Part shown: piece after piece, positions 45,975-55,868 of the stretch
Numbering within the stretch: the first letter of the stretch is position 1
Layout of the letters: each line of letters begins with the position of its first letter
From: a virus
Reading direction: 5' to 3' (one strand)
Virus record (IMG/VR): IMGVR_UViG_3300045988_076522
Length of the DNA stretch: 64,000 nt
Made by a program: the position numbers and the translations under genes
The notes under the pieces: generated by a model
Databases searched by the model: none
Told to the model about the DNA's origin: nothing
What the model saw: only the letters and a program-made list of their open reading frames with translations

Positions 45975-46225
45975 GAATCACACAATCCATATTAACTGTG
46001 AATTGTGAGTGCAAAGGTAATGAATCTTCCCCACATGTAAAAGTTAATATGTATTAAATACGATAGAAGTTTGCTCGGTATTAAACTAAGCTCACATATT
46101 CTCTCGAACCGATGAGCTTAGTAGTTATTCAACAATTGCAGATACTTTAACTCGTAATAATGACTATGAGTCGAGATAGAAATGACACTGCATATGTTGA
46201 AATGAATCATATTAATAAAATGGTG

Positions 46226-46299
46226 TAGAGATAACCAGATTCGAACTGATGTTCTTCTAAGGATTGACCTTAGCTGTTCTACCACTGAACTATATCTCT
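46226..46299 (-). tRNA. tRNA with apparent anticodon CAA (Leu-type anticodon on a type I body); identity uncertain
   Basis: AGAGATA/TATCTCT. D-arm GTTCAGTGGTAGAAC. Anticodon stem CTAAG/CTTAG with loop GTCAATC. T-arm ATCAGTTCGAATCTGGT. Confidence 0.45.
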
Positions 46300-46462
46300 A
46301 TCCAGTCCCTATGGAATCATCCAATAAATTCCCACCTAGTGTTACTAGATATGCACAAAGATTACTATACCAAATATGCGCTCTTCTCCATGCATAATGA
46401 AATCTATCTTCTATCCAATCAGAACATTAATTCAACTATTAAATAAACGGTGCGCGAAATAC

Positions 46463-48157
46463 TTAGACCTTCACAGGCTTCTTCTGCACGCTTGCATTCT
46501 TCTTGACAACATCCTTCTCTAGAATCATCATATTAAGCAACTCTTGATTCATAGCATGCTTAAAGATGTCTCTAGTGGTTTTAGGCACCTGGAACCTCTT
46601 CTCTCCAGTAATAAATGAGGATGTTGAATTATTAAGTCCATTTACTAAGAAGCAATTTGACACTCCTGGAACCAAAGCCACATTAGGTCTTCCCTTATAT
46701 GCTAAAGGAACTCTCCAAATGATAACTTTGAATGCTCTTACAAATTCCTTACTGAAATTTGCTTTAAGCAGTCTTTGCTTAAATTCCACGAATGCTTGGT
46801 TGTTCAACTTGGTAAAATATGTATGGTTAGTAATTACCACACAGCCTCTAGGGAACTCTCCTTCATCCACACCATAATCTTCTTTCATTTTACACAGCAT
46901 TTCTGCTATATTAATAATAGAAGGATTCTGGCATAATGCTTCTTCTTTGTCAGATTTCCATTTCTCAATGACATTCTGACCTTTGAACTTACGTAGAACC
47001 ATGTTATCCTCTAACACGGCATAGGAGTTCTTGAATATTGTAGGAAGTAATTCAGAATGATATAAAGCATATGCTTTACCCAAACTGTAAGCAGATGTTT
47101 CGCTATTCTCTATCTCACCATTAGCAGAATGACTTATATCTCTTACTACCAACAACGGAGCTACTCTATTGCGTTTAGCATTATCAACAAATACATTGAA
47201 ACTTGCATTAATAGAAGTTTCCATAAATTCTGGAATCTCTTCGGCAATTTTATCCAATCCGTATGGTTTGAATAGAGTATGTAGAAATCCGCTATTAGAG
47301 GGCTTCTTACGGTTCTTCAACCAGTTCTGATACTTCTCTTTAAGACCTTGATGTTTGAGGAATTTAGAGCCTACTAGCTGTGCCAGCGCCTTTCCAGTAA
47401 CAGTGTCAAAATCGATTTCCAAGAATTTCTTTTGGCTGATTAACTGCTGCCATTGGGCTGCTTTCCCGCTATTCTTCATCTTCCTATATTTACGATAGGT
47501 TGAATAGTCTCCTTCATCCTTAGGTTTACCATAAAGGCCTTCCGCCAAGAATTTGGCTACTGTGTTACGTGCTTTTGCCTCATCTGTCTTACATGCAACA
47601 CTGGAACGAACACGAGGAAGATACTTCTTTACTAAATCACATGTCTGACCGTTGGCAAGACCTGCGAATATGACTTTCTTGAAGAAGTCCCAATCCAATC
47701 TGTGCTTAAAGCCATGGAGTTGAACATCTAAAGCCATCATAGTAATGAAATCTTTCCAGCATCCGGCTGCTGCAAAATAAGCAATGTTGGCATGGAATGT
47801 GGGTTTGTGATAGATTGCCAACCACAACATTCTCATTATACCTTCATTCTTCAAACCTTCTCCTTGCTGTGTATCAAGTTGTATAACTCCTTCCGGGGTA
47901 GTTATTCTACATTTACGAGTTATCATTCTCGTATATGCAGTAAACTTAGTACATAGTAATGGATTAGCTTTCCATAAAGGATACATATCTTTAGCCACTT
48001 GCACGTAGGTACGTGGCTGAAGACATTTCTTAAGATTAACAAACTGGTCTATGAATAACTGATTATTATCCACAAACTTAGGTTTATTCTCATCCCGCCT
48101 TTGACGTGCGGCATTAGGGTAAGGCCTCCTTGGCCTTTGTGCTCCTTTCATTTCCAT
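46463..48157 (-). CDS. Large basic protein with a C-terminal vWA/MIDAS domain (Ro60/TROVE-like or DUF2828-like architecture)
   Basis: 564 aa. Basic N-terminus (RPRRPYPNAARQRRDENKPK). A MIDAS-like DISHS motif follows a hydrophobic strand (PLLVVRDISHSANGE). The helical N-terminal two-thirds plus a C-terminal vWA is the architecture of Ro60/Rsr. Confidence 0.4.
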   Translation of the reverse strand: MEMKGAQRPRRPYPNAARQRRDENKPKFVDNNQLFIDQFVNLKKCLQPRTYVQVAKDMYPLWKANPLLCTKFTAYTRMITRKCRITTPEGVIQLDTQQGEGLKNEGIMRMLWLAIYHKPTFHANIAYFAAAGCWKDFITMMALDVQLHGFKHRLDWDFFKKVIFAGLANGQTCDLVKKYLPRVRSSVACKTDEAKARNTVAKFLAEGLYGKPKDEGDYSTYRKYRKMKNSGKAAQWQQLISQKKFLEIDFDTVTGKALAQLVGSKFLKHQGLKEKYQNWLKNRKKPSNSGFLHTLFKPYGLDKIAEEIPEFMETSINASFNVFVDNAKRNRVAPLLVVRDISHSANGEIENSETSAYSLGKAYALYHSELLPTIFKNSYAVLEDNMVLRKFKGQNVIEKWKSDKEEALCQNPSIINIAEMLCKMKEDYGVDEGEFPRGCVVITNHTYFTKLNNQAFVEFKQRLLKANFSKEFVRAFKVIIWRVPLAYKGRPNVALVPGVSNCFLVNGLNNSTSSFITGEKRFQVPKTTRDIFKHAMNQELLNMMILEKDVVKKNASVQKKPVKV

Positions 48158-48537
48158 CTCTTTGTTTAAATTTATTGTTATGAGAGTCTTTCTTTATTCT
48201 AAACAATAAACAAGCGGCATTACGGCAATCGGACATACGTTAACCCGCTCGCCACTTACAGACCGTAATGCACACTTGACCAGGCAGGAAAGAGGTTTGC
48301 TTGGTGACCTATCTGCATGCTGATTATATAATACAGACCGTGTAGATTCTCTCTTACACAATATCTATAGTAGATTTGCACTACTGTTTTCTGATGCTTA
48401 ATCAGGTGAACTCCTACTGTTCGAATAGATACAGGTTTCAACTCTTTGATATAGCCTTTAAGTCATAGACATACTCCGGAATATGTCTACTGGTTCTTCA
48501 GACCAAGTTTTGCTACCACCATTCGTCAATAGTGGAT

Positions 48538-49233
48538 TTACGGTATTAGATAGTCCACACGAAGGTCTACCGTCTCTTCGTTTGCTTCTAACACCACAGT
48601 CGTCGAAAGAATGTCAGGATTGTCAGCTGTAGTTATCATACTCACAATATCATGTGGGGATTCTAAGTATAAATAACCTCTACCGTCCCAAGCTGGAACA
48701 TATCCACCTCGTAGAATGTTTCGAGACGGAATAGACTTATAATAATAGTGTGCTGGCCGGTAGTGAGCGAATGATACATTAATAGCTGATTGGTGTGTGC
48801 CTATGGTAAAACCACCTAGGACTGTTGCCAGTCTCATCACCTTACTAACATATTTTGAATCGCCTACTACATCTAGTCTTATGTTCAAGCCTGGATAGTA
48901 GAATTTAGCAACTCTCCTGCTTATATCCTTCAACGTTTGAAGAGATTGAAATTCAGCAATGTCAACATAGTTTTTCTCCGATTCAGAACTACCGAAGATA
49001 CAATTGACTGGTATTGGCTGATTAGCTTCAATACATTCTTCCAAAATAGTGATTGCTTCGGACGGAATAGCTTCATTACCAAGTCTGATTCTCTTAGTCC
49101 CATATAAGATATGAGCTATAATCTGACTAAGTGGTAATGATAGTTTCTCCTTAGCAAAGTTGCTTTCCAAATCATATAGATATTGGCAAATGTGTGCACT
49201 GAATGGCGTGTTCCCTTGTACTGTAAACTTCAT
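48538..49233 (-). CDS. Hypothetical protein
   Basis: 231-aa ORF. Confidence 0.5.
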   Translation of the reverse strand: MKFTVQGNTPFSAHICQYLYDLESNFAKEKLSLPLSQIIAHILYGTKRIRLGNEAIPSEAITILEECIEANQPIPVNCIFGSSESEKNYVDIAEFQSLQTLKDISRRVAKFYYPGLNIRLDVVGDSKYVSKVMRLATVLGGFTIGTHQSAINVSFAHYRPAHYYYKSIPSRNILRGGYVPAWDGRGYLYLESPHDIVSMITTADNPDILSTTVVLEANEETVDLRVDYLIP

Positions 49234-49727
49234 ACTATCTGTTCAACTGTTATTAATTTAGTGATTCTATAACCTCTCGATTTCAGGAATTTGATTGCTT
49301 CCATTTCAGCCTGTGTAATAGGAATCAGATGTTTGTCTTCTTCCGCTTCTGTAACAGCTTCCATTTCAGCTTGTGGCTTAGGTTTAGGAGGTGCTACGTA
49401 AGTGCCAGCTTTAATAGCCATTCTCTTAGCATATGCATCTCTCTGTATCTTAGCCATTTCTTTCCTGCTGATAGTTATCAATTCAATGACTCTAGTCTTA
49501 TACAAAGGGCCATGTTCTTTCCACATAAATCCTTTAGTATAGATAGCACCGTCAGGTTCAATCACTCCCTGCTTACGCAAAACAGCCATGAAGTTCTCTG
49601 GCCTTGGGAAGCCATTCTTCTTTAAATCCCTGACTACATCTGTAATCTTAAAAGGCCCAGGATTCATTGCCTTTACCGTGTTAAAAATCCGAACGATGTC
49701 ATCATCGGATATTGACCTCTTTCCCAT
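49230..49727 (-). CDS. Hypothetical protein
   Basis: 165-aa ORF. Confidence 0.5.
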   Translation of the reverse strand: MGKRSISDDDIVRIFNTVKAMNPGPFKITDVVRDLKKNGFPRPENFMAVLRKQGVIEPDGAIYTKGFMWKEHGPLYKTRVIELITISRKEMAKIQRDAYAKRMAIKAGTYVAPPKPKPQAEMEAVTEAEEDKHLIPITQAEMEAIKFLKSRGYRITKLITVEQIV

Positions 49728-49753
49728 AATTTCAATAACTTTTAGTGAAACAA

Positions 49754-50035
49754 TTACTCTTTATATATTCTAATTCGAGATTTATGCAGATGTACACGCA
49801 TTCGTTTAACCTCGGACAGAATCCAATTACGTCTGCATTGATGTAACCATGCAATTACATCTTCGTCAAATAATAATTCTTGACCACAGTAGTATGTGCC
49901 ACTGTAGTAAGTATCAAGCTTTGGTCTTAATATGTCATGAGGACTATCAGTAACTATGCATTGATAATCCTCACCTCTTATTAATTTCAGCTTCTTTGAC
50001 TCCTTGCGAAGTTTCTTTAATAACCTTGCTTTCAT
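49754..50035 (-). CDS. Hypothetical basic protein
   Basis: 93-aa ORF. Confidence 0.4.
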   Translation of the reverse strand: MKARLLKKLRKESKKLKLIRGEDYQCIVTDSPHDILRPKLDTYYSGTYYCGQELLFDEDVIAWLHQCRRNWILSEVKRMRVHLHKSRIRIYKE

Positions 50036-50385
50036 TTTAATAGTTCCAATTTAGCTACGTCCTTATCATACCATATCCCAATCCAGAAGTTGTCTACAAA
50101 GTTCCTATGATTCATGATAGTATAATTAAGCCTTAAGACATCACTAGATATAAGATAGTAATTCTTCCTATCAGTAGCCTCCAATGTTTCTTTGAGCACT
50201 GCGTGCTTGCCAATAATTTGAATATTCCTTGTAATAGCGAATGGTAATGAAATCGCTGCCCCAACTGTTGCTATCGAGAATACAATCTCAACTGCCACTG
50301 CAACTTCTCTTAGGTCTAAAGACCCTATTCGTGAAACACATACACAAATAAGTAAAACAATCACTGCAATAATAAATAATCCCAT
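50032..50385 (-). CDS. Membrane protein
   Basis: N-terminal TM GLFIIAVIVLLICVCV and a second hydrophobic segment. Confidence 0.45.
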   Translation of the reverse strand: MGLFIIAVIVLLICVCVSRIGSLDLREVAVAVEIVFSIATVGAAISLPFAITRNIQIIGKHAVLKETLEATDRKNYYLISSDVLRLNYTIMNHRNFVDNFWIGIWYDKDVAKLELLK

Positions 50386-50412
50386 AAAATTGATATTTAA
50401 ACGTTAATAATA

Positions 50413-50966
50413 GTGGACCTAGGCGGAGTCGAACCGCCGTCCAAACAACCCTCATTAATAAGATTACGTGTGTCTCTATTTTATTACATCAGCTGTTGAG
50501 TTCAGCATGTAGGTAGTTTTACTAGTCTTATCTTGGAACCAGGTAATTAGGCTGCAATAGCCAAACCAGTACACCAAAAGCTAATTTACAAACTACCAAA
50601 CTTAAAGGTTCAGAAGCTGACGCTTCCAAACCTGGGCTGACCGAAGTCGCTCTTCCACCACTCCATTTACGTTGGAGAACGTTTCTATTTGTAACCCATA
50701 GATAGGTAGTGGAGATTTCAGCTTTACTAACCTTTGGCTTTCAAGTTAAGTGGGCTGCTCTATACGCTTCTTCCCACACCTCTTCTGTTTCTAGGTCTCT
50801 CCAATTAACCCGACTTAGAGCTAAATTAATAGATAAGCCAGCAGCTTAGGCTGCCATTCTTACTTCAGTGTTTCCACTTAAATTGCTGTATCATTATTAA
50901 AGAGTTGGTACGAACTCTACACGTCTTACTAACTTGTAATCGCCTGTCAAAACCAAATCTAGGCCC
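50413..50966 (-). ncRNA. ssrA: tmRNA-like gene (ssrA-like), about 550 nt
   Basis: Minus-strand 5' end GGGCCTAGATTTGGTTTTGACAGG matches the tmRNA 5' consensus GGGGCUGAUUCUGGAUUCGACGGG. The 3' end GGACGGCGGTTCGACTCCGCCTAGGTCCA matches GGACGGGGGUUCAAAUCCCCC-acceptor. The 5' and 3' ends pair (GGGCCTA/TAGGTCC). No ORF longer than 60 aa occurs in the 700 bp. A possible tag frame is ...GNTEVRMAA-TAA. Confidence 0.5.
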
Positions 50967-51100
50967 ATAGAACGGCATGATTATCCTCTCATGCCAGGAG
51001 TCTCATTTAAAATAATGAATATAGCAGCCAGTATCCTCCTGTGCCACATTAAGTGGCGTACCCATTATGGACTTGGCAGCTTACGAGTTATTTGTTCCAT

Positions 51101-51454
51101 TTAAAATGGTAAGTTTCCTTCATGTTTCATCCAACTATAAACTACAATTTCATAATCTGGGAAATCGTTGGCAAGTTTAATACAACTGTCAAACGATAAC
51201 TCTGTTATGCATATAAGAGGGTAATCATTGTCAAGCCATTCTCTAATTACATCCTTATCAGGAATATGCTCGTCCAATGACCATTTAAGCTCACGTTCAA
51301 GTCTTTCACGTATCGTATTTAATTTAATATGGTCATGTGTTCCATATATAACATTTAATATGTAATACAATAAATGGCTATTGAACTTATCAACATCGCT
51401 AATAAGAATATGCCTCTTGGCATTCCTTAAAGAATTAACTGCATTCTGATTCAT
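51101..51454 (-). CDS. Hypothetical protein
   Basis: 117-aa ORF. Confidence 0.45.
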   Translation of the reverse strand: MNQNAVNSLRNAKRHILISDVDKFNSHLLYYILNVIYGTHDHIKLNTIRERLERELKWSLDEHIPDKDVIREWLDNDYPLICITELSFDSCIKLANDFPDYEIVVYSWMKHEGNLPF

Positions 51455-51533
51455 ACACTTATTAATTAAAAGCCCAAGTGTGTTTCACAACATGACTGGG
51501 GCAAGCCTAAACTATACAAAACTTTAAAATGAT

Positions 51534-51605
51534 TGGGAGAGGATGGGAGATTCGAACTCCCTCCGCCAGTTCGCAACTAGCCTTCTACCATTAAACTAAT
51601 CCTCT
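51534..51605 (-). tRNA. tRNA-like gene with encoded CCA; anticodon possibly GCG (Arg), D-arm non-canonical
   Basis: Acceptor AGAGGAT/ATCCTCT plus C plus CCA. T-arm GGGAGTTCGAATCTCCC. A candidate anticodon stem GCTAG/CTGGC with loop TTGCGAA. Confidence 0.4.
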
Positions 51606-51615
51606 CTTGGCATTA

Positions 51616-52239
51616 TTAACGCTTCACAGCTTCTTCAAAGTTCTTTACAATCTTCTCTGCCTTCTCACGGGAACAGTCAAGCATGTGCATAGTAAGATGA
51701 ATGCGTTGTTCACGCATCAAATCTTCTATGGCTCCTTCATTGCCTTCTTCTCTAGCCTTGAGAGCTTTTAATAGCTCTTCTGGCGTTTCAACACCTTCAA
51801 CATCAGCACCGATAGCCTTAGATATATCCTTCAGAAACTCAAACAAAGCTTTCTTGCCTTCTTCGACTTTAAATGTTGAGCCTTGTCTTTGGTCTCTCAT
51901 TTTCATAAGAATGCCAAAGATTTCACGGGCAGAAGCTTCGTCATCCTCATTCAGAGTGACAGCATGACGTTCATGAGGTTGAACACGAATAGATTCGTCT
52001 TTAACTTCCATAACGAGCAAGTCTTCACCGTCACCACGAACAATGACGATTTCACGGTCTTTCCTTTCGTCATAACCGCCACCAACAGTGAAGTTCTTGT
52101 AAGGAACTTCTTTGCCTTCAGCGGCATCGAGCACATGCCCAAGAATAGTTTCAGCTTCTTCTACGATAGAATCATAGCATGGGTCTTTCTTTGGATTGAA
52201 ATCAATACCAGCTTTCAGGCGTTCTTGTAATTTCTTCAT
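51616..52239 (-). CDS. Hypothetical acidic protein
   Basis: 207-aa ORF. Antisense ORFs at 51701.., 51883.. and 51951.. are artefacts. Confidence 0.5.
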   Translation of the reverse strand: MKKLQERLKAGIDFNPKKDPCYDSIVEEAETILGHVLDAAEGKEVPYKNFTVGGGYDERKDREIVIVRGDGEDLLVMEVKDESIRVQPHERHAVTLNEDDEASAREIFGILMKMRDQRQGSTFKVEEGKKALFEFLKDISKAIGADVEGVETPEELLKALKAREEGNEGAIEDLMREQRIHLTMHMLDCSREKAEKIVKNFEEAVKR

Positions 52240-52279
52240 TTCCTTCTAAATTTAAAGAGTTTGATTTATTAATTATTTG

Positions 52280-52441
52280 ATTAGTCTGGTAAGAACCAGA
52301 CTCCTATGGCCGCAACAATACCTATAGCTCCGACTACATATGTAAAATCGCCAGCTATAGGCAACATAATATTAATAATTACTAATGCTCCAATGGCAGA
52401 ACTAATTATTATATTGTCTTTCTTATTCTTAGTGAGTTTCA
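52280..52441 (-). CDS. Small membrane protein (~53 aa)
   Basis: Hand translation MKLTKNKKDNIIISSAIGALVIINIMLPIAGDFTYVVGAIGIVAAIGVWFLPD. Coordinates are approximate. Confidence 0.3.
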
Positions 52442-52550
52442 TAATTACTAATATTGGTTAAGAGTGACTCCACCGTGACATGCCAATCACAGTGAAGTTT
52501 CGTCGTAATTTTCAACGACTCATCAGACTCTCTTTTAGACGGAAAGGAGA

Positions 52551-52793
52551 TTATGACATATAATTATCAATAGAATCTCCAGTTGCTGCCCTAATCTGTT
52601 CCCATGGAATGTTCTCTTCTTCGCAAAGCTGTTTGGAGGACTGTATCCACTCCTTGGCGAAGTCTATAAAATCACCGCATTCTCTCTTAGCGATTACTAT
52701 AGCTTCTTTGCAGCTGTAAGCGATGATTCCGGGAAGAAGAGATTTGTCATTGTTAATTGCATGTTTAACTATAGGACTGTTCTTTATATCCAT
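52551..52793 (-). CDS. Hypothetical protein
   Basis: 80-aa ORF. Confidence 0.4.
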   Translation of the reverse strand: MDIKNSPIVKHAINNDKSLLPGIIAYSCKEAIVIAKRECGDFIDFAKEWIQSSKQLCEEENIPWEQIRAATGDSIDNYMS

Positions 52794-52803
52794 TGTTTAA
52801 AGG

Positions 52804-53037
52804 TTAGATTGTTGTTACACTGCTGATAATAGAATAATCAATAATGATTGAAAGCATGCCATTTAAATCAGATGTCTCATAAGGAACTTGATATTTGGCA
52901 ATTTGTCTTTCGGCTTGCTGCATCATGGGCTGGTTAGTTCCAAACCCAAGAAGCAACTTACCTTCACGAGAAGTAACAGATTGATGATTGAGAGTACATG
53001 GTATTCTCTGTTTCCTAAATTGTATCTGCGATAACAT
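52804..53037 (-). CDS. Hypothetical protein
   Basis: 77-aa ORF. Confidence 0.4.
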   Translation of the reverse strand: MLSQIQFRKQRIPCTLNHQSVTSREGKLLLGFGTNQPMMQQAERQIAKYQVPYETSDLNGMLSIIIDYSIISSVTTI

Positions 53038-53039
53038 TG

Positions 53040-53384
53040 TTACTTAGTTAATAAGTTAGCAAATCCTTTCCAGAAGTAGCGAGGGAAGTGTCCAGTCAGT
53101 TGTACATAATTAACTCCTGCTGACACCTTATGTCTAGCTGTAACCTTATGTCCGTCAATGGACATCGTGATTAAGCTGCCAGAAACTGTCACATCACTAT
53201 CTGACATATCATACAAATCTCCTAAGTCCTTAATAGGAATCCACTTAGATGTAGTTTCATCTTTGTAGCTATTAAGACGAGATTGTAGTTTGGCATCAGA
53301 AGGCTGGCCAGTTCTCATATCAATAACCTCACCCTCACAATCTGCAAGGATGAAGTTCTGTGTATAGTTAAAGTATAGTTTCAT
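53040..53384 (-). CDS. Hypothetical protein
   Basis: 114-aa ORF. Confidence 0.45.
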   Translation of the reverse strand: MKLYFNYTQNFILADCEGEVIDMRTGQPSDAKLQSRLNSYKDETTSKWIPIKDLGDLYDMSDSDVTVSGSLITMSIDGHKVTARHKVSAGVNYVQLTGHFPRYFWKGFANLLTK

Positions 53385-53920
53385 GTGTACTGAACTTTAT
53401 ATCTTTTAGTTCTTCTAGTTTGTAGATTAATAACATCTACCGAATCAGTACCTGCCTTTACGTAAACCTTACCAGATATCTCTTTGATAAAGTCATTCTC
53501 TGATTTACCTTCAAAAGTTCCGATAAGGCATAGTGTTACTCCATTGACAAGTACTTTGGTAAATTTATCAACCTGTATAGGAGCCAAAGGTATTCCTTCT
53601 TCTCTTACATGGTTAAATGCCTTAGTGTAGGCTCTATACCTCGCAAGACGATGTTCATAATTAGCACCTTTAGAGGGATAGCTAGCAAGTACTGAAGTAT
53701 CCTTAATTACCACATACTCTTTACCAGGCAATCCACCTTCATACCATGATTTAGATATTACTTTGATACCGGATTTTACTAATAACCATTTGTCTACAGC
53801 ATCACATAAACGCTCCTTACCACATATCTGTAACAATATGGGTATTAAGTTACGTTTAAGCTCTCTGTATTCCTCTGCTAATTCATTAGTCATAGATAAG
53901 TTGGCAGTTAACCTACTCAC
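53381..53920 (-). CDS. Hypothetical protein
   Basis: 179-aa ORF. Confidence 0.45.
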   Translation of the reverse strand: MSRLTANLSMTNELAEEYRELKRNLIPILLQICGKERLCDAVDKWLLVKSGIKVISKSWYEGGLPGKEYVVIKDTSVLASYPSKGANYEHRLARYRAYTKAFNHVREEGIPLAPIQVDKFTKVLVNGVTLCLIGTFEGKSENDFIKEISGKVYVKAGTDSVDVINLQTRRTKRYKVQYT

Positions 53921-53959
53921 TGCCAGGTTTTAAAATATGGAAATCTCACACTCTTTTGG

Positions 53960-54766
53960 TTACTTAAAGATTATTGCAGACGTGATATTAACGCGGATGT
54001 TCTCTTTAGAAGAGATATATTTATTCCACAGGTCAGTCACAACCTTTTGTTTGTCCTGACCACGCACAGACAGCAAACGATTACGACCACTCGTATACAA
54101 CGGAAGTGTGCTTGTAGATACTTTGTTCCAGAAGTCGTCAAGAGTATCTAATTTATGCTTCTTATCAAGAACAAGATAAGCTGTTACACCACCAATCATA
54201 GATGCATGGAGTAATCCTTTAGTGTACTTCTTGTACTTGAGTGCAAGTCCTGTAACCTCATCAAAGGTAGTTTCATACTTTCTGTACATGTTCAACAAAT
54301 CTTGACGAGTCAGACCAGTCCCTCTAAGTCTGTGAAGAGCGCCAGCATCAGCCAAACCTTTCAAGCCCTTGGTCAAAGCGTAATATTTAGCCACAATGGA
54401 AGCTTTCTGGGTAGGATTAGTAATGCCCATGATTCCAAACACATCACCTGCACTTCTTGTTTTACCAGTATCTATGGTAGTCCAAGTTTCGTGTTTAACA
54501 CCTTCTATGAGCACAGTTTGAAATGGAACACCTGCCTGTATGCACGCTGCTAGACGATGATAGCCGTTATCAGTAAGACCTTTATCATTTATAATGATTG
54601 CCTCACCGTTCAAATGCCATTTACCTTCAGACATTTGAATAGCATACTTGTTGATATTGTCTCTAGAAATAGGCCGATTGTGCAAATACTTTGACAATAG
54701 TACTTCTGCATCTTTCGGTGTGATTTCTACTACACTGAACTTGAGAGATGATTTTAATGTCTTCAT
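53960..54766 (-). CDS. ParB-like nuclease domain protein
   Basis: HNRPISRDNINKYAIQMSEGKWHLNGEAIIINDKGLTDNGYHRLAACIQAG fits the ParB N-terminal domain pattern (R...G...P..V.....Y.L.DG.HRL.A). Confidence 0.45.
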   Translation of the reverse strand: MKTLKSSLKFSVVEITPKDAEVLLSKYLHNRPISRDNINKYAIQMSEGKWHLNGEAIIINDKGLTDNGYHRLAACIQAGVPFQTVLIEGVKHETWTTIDTGKTRSAGDVFGIMGITNPTQKASIVAKYYALTKGLKGLADAGALHRLRGTGLTRQDLLNMYRKYETTFDEVTGLALKYKKYTKGLLHASMIGGVTAYLVLDKKHKLDTLDDFWNKVSTSTLPLYTSGRNRLLSVRGQDKQKVVTDLWNKYISSKENIRVNITSAIIFK

Positions 54767-55107
54767 AATTAATCTAATGAGTTACCTATACACTCACGAG
54801 GTTTTAGTGAAACGTTAATAAAGAACTAATTAGTTTCAGTCTATTGACTTACTTATAGCATCGCCACGTAAAGGCTTAGTCATGATGCCGCTCCCATCAC
54901 GGGAGAATGAATAATTTTAACTTACTGTATTTATTAATTTAAATTCAAACAATTTCATCTTCCTGTGCCACTATACTTTGAGTTGTTCCCTACAGAACTT
55001 TATCCACTTCTTATCCTTTCTATAATTATATGCATGAGTGTCCTTCTCTCCAAGAGTAACTATCTTAATCTCTAAAATAGTTACTTCCTCTTTATCAATA
55101 TGAATTA

Positions 55108-55308
55108 TCATTTTGTGGGATTGTAGATGAAACTTTCCTGTTCTTCAAATGTGATTTTAATGTGTTGCACACGCCAGTTTGCTGTTGAATGCATTACATC
55201 TTGTTGATATTTCACATGAGAGATTGCCTCTTCTCTAGTGTTATAACAACGCACAAATCTTTCATCTGTAGATACCCACCAACCCGATTGAATATTTAAT
55301 GGATTCAT
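55108..55308 (-). CDS. Hypothetical protein
   Basis: 66-aa ORF. Confidence 0.35.
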   Translation of the reverse strand: MNPLNIQSGWWVSTDERFVRCYNTREEAISHVKYQQDVMHSTANWRVQHIKITFEEQESFIYNPTK

Positions 55309-55868
55309 AATCTTTACACTTACCTAATCAGTGTGAGGTTGAAAGTTAGTAAAATGCCTGTCTTTCCAGGCTGTCACACAAACTCTACGCACAACTCATG
55401 TTTGTGAAACACAAGCTATGGAACGTTCCTTTAGCCGATTACCCACACACCCCTACGTACAATGGTGGAACGCAGCTTTCGCTACGATAGTCAACGCTCA
55501 TTTGCTTCCCTCTCTTAGGTCTCTGTCACTATGCAGTTCATAATTGCAAATAGGGCGGAATGGTCCCCACATTACTACTTAAAGCAATGTGGTTTCACCA
55601 TTGTTTACTCACAAATACATTTTCTTTGTGAGTCTATCATAGCTCTTGTACGCATTACTTGGCAGAGGAGCCATACCAAAACCCACAAACAATGTAGGAC
55701 GCTGTTTAAAACTTAAAGATTAATGTAATTAAAACAACCATAATGGACTCCTGCTTTAACGCGTGAAGCAGGAACGTTTTAATTTGGGCAATACATGCAT
55801 TATGTCCATTTTGCACGTAAAGGATTCCAAGCATTTGCAACTACTTAGAAGAGCTAAACCCTGTGATG

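Noticed and set aside
55531-55716. 61-aa plus-strand ORF in the 550-bp gap
   Set aside because: It is the lone plus-strand ORF in a minus-strand block. The region looks more like structured RNA.
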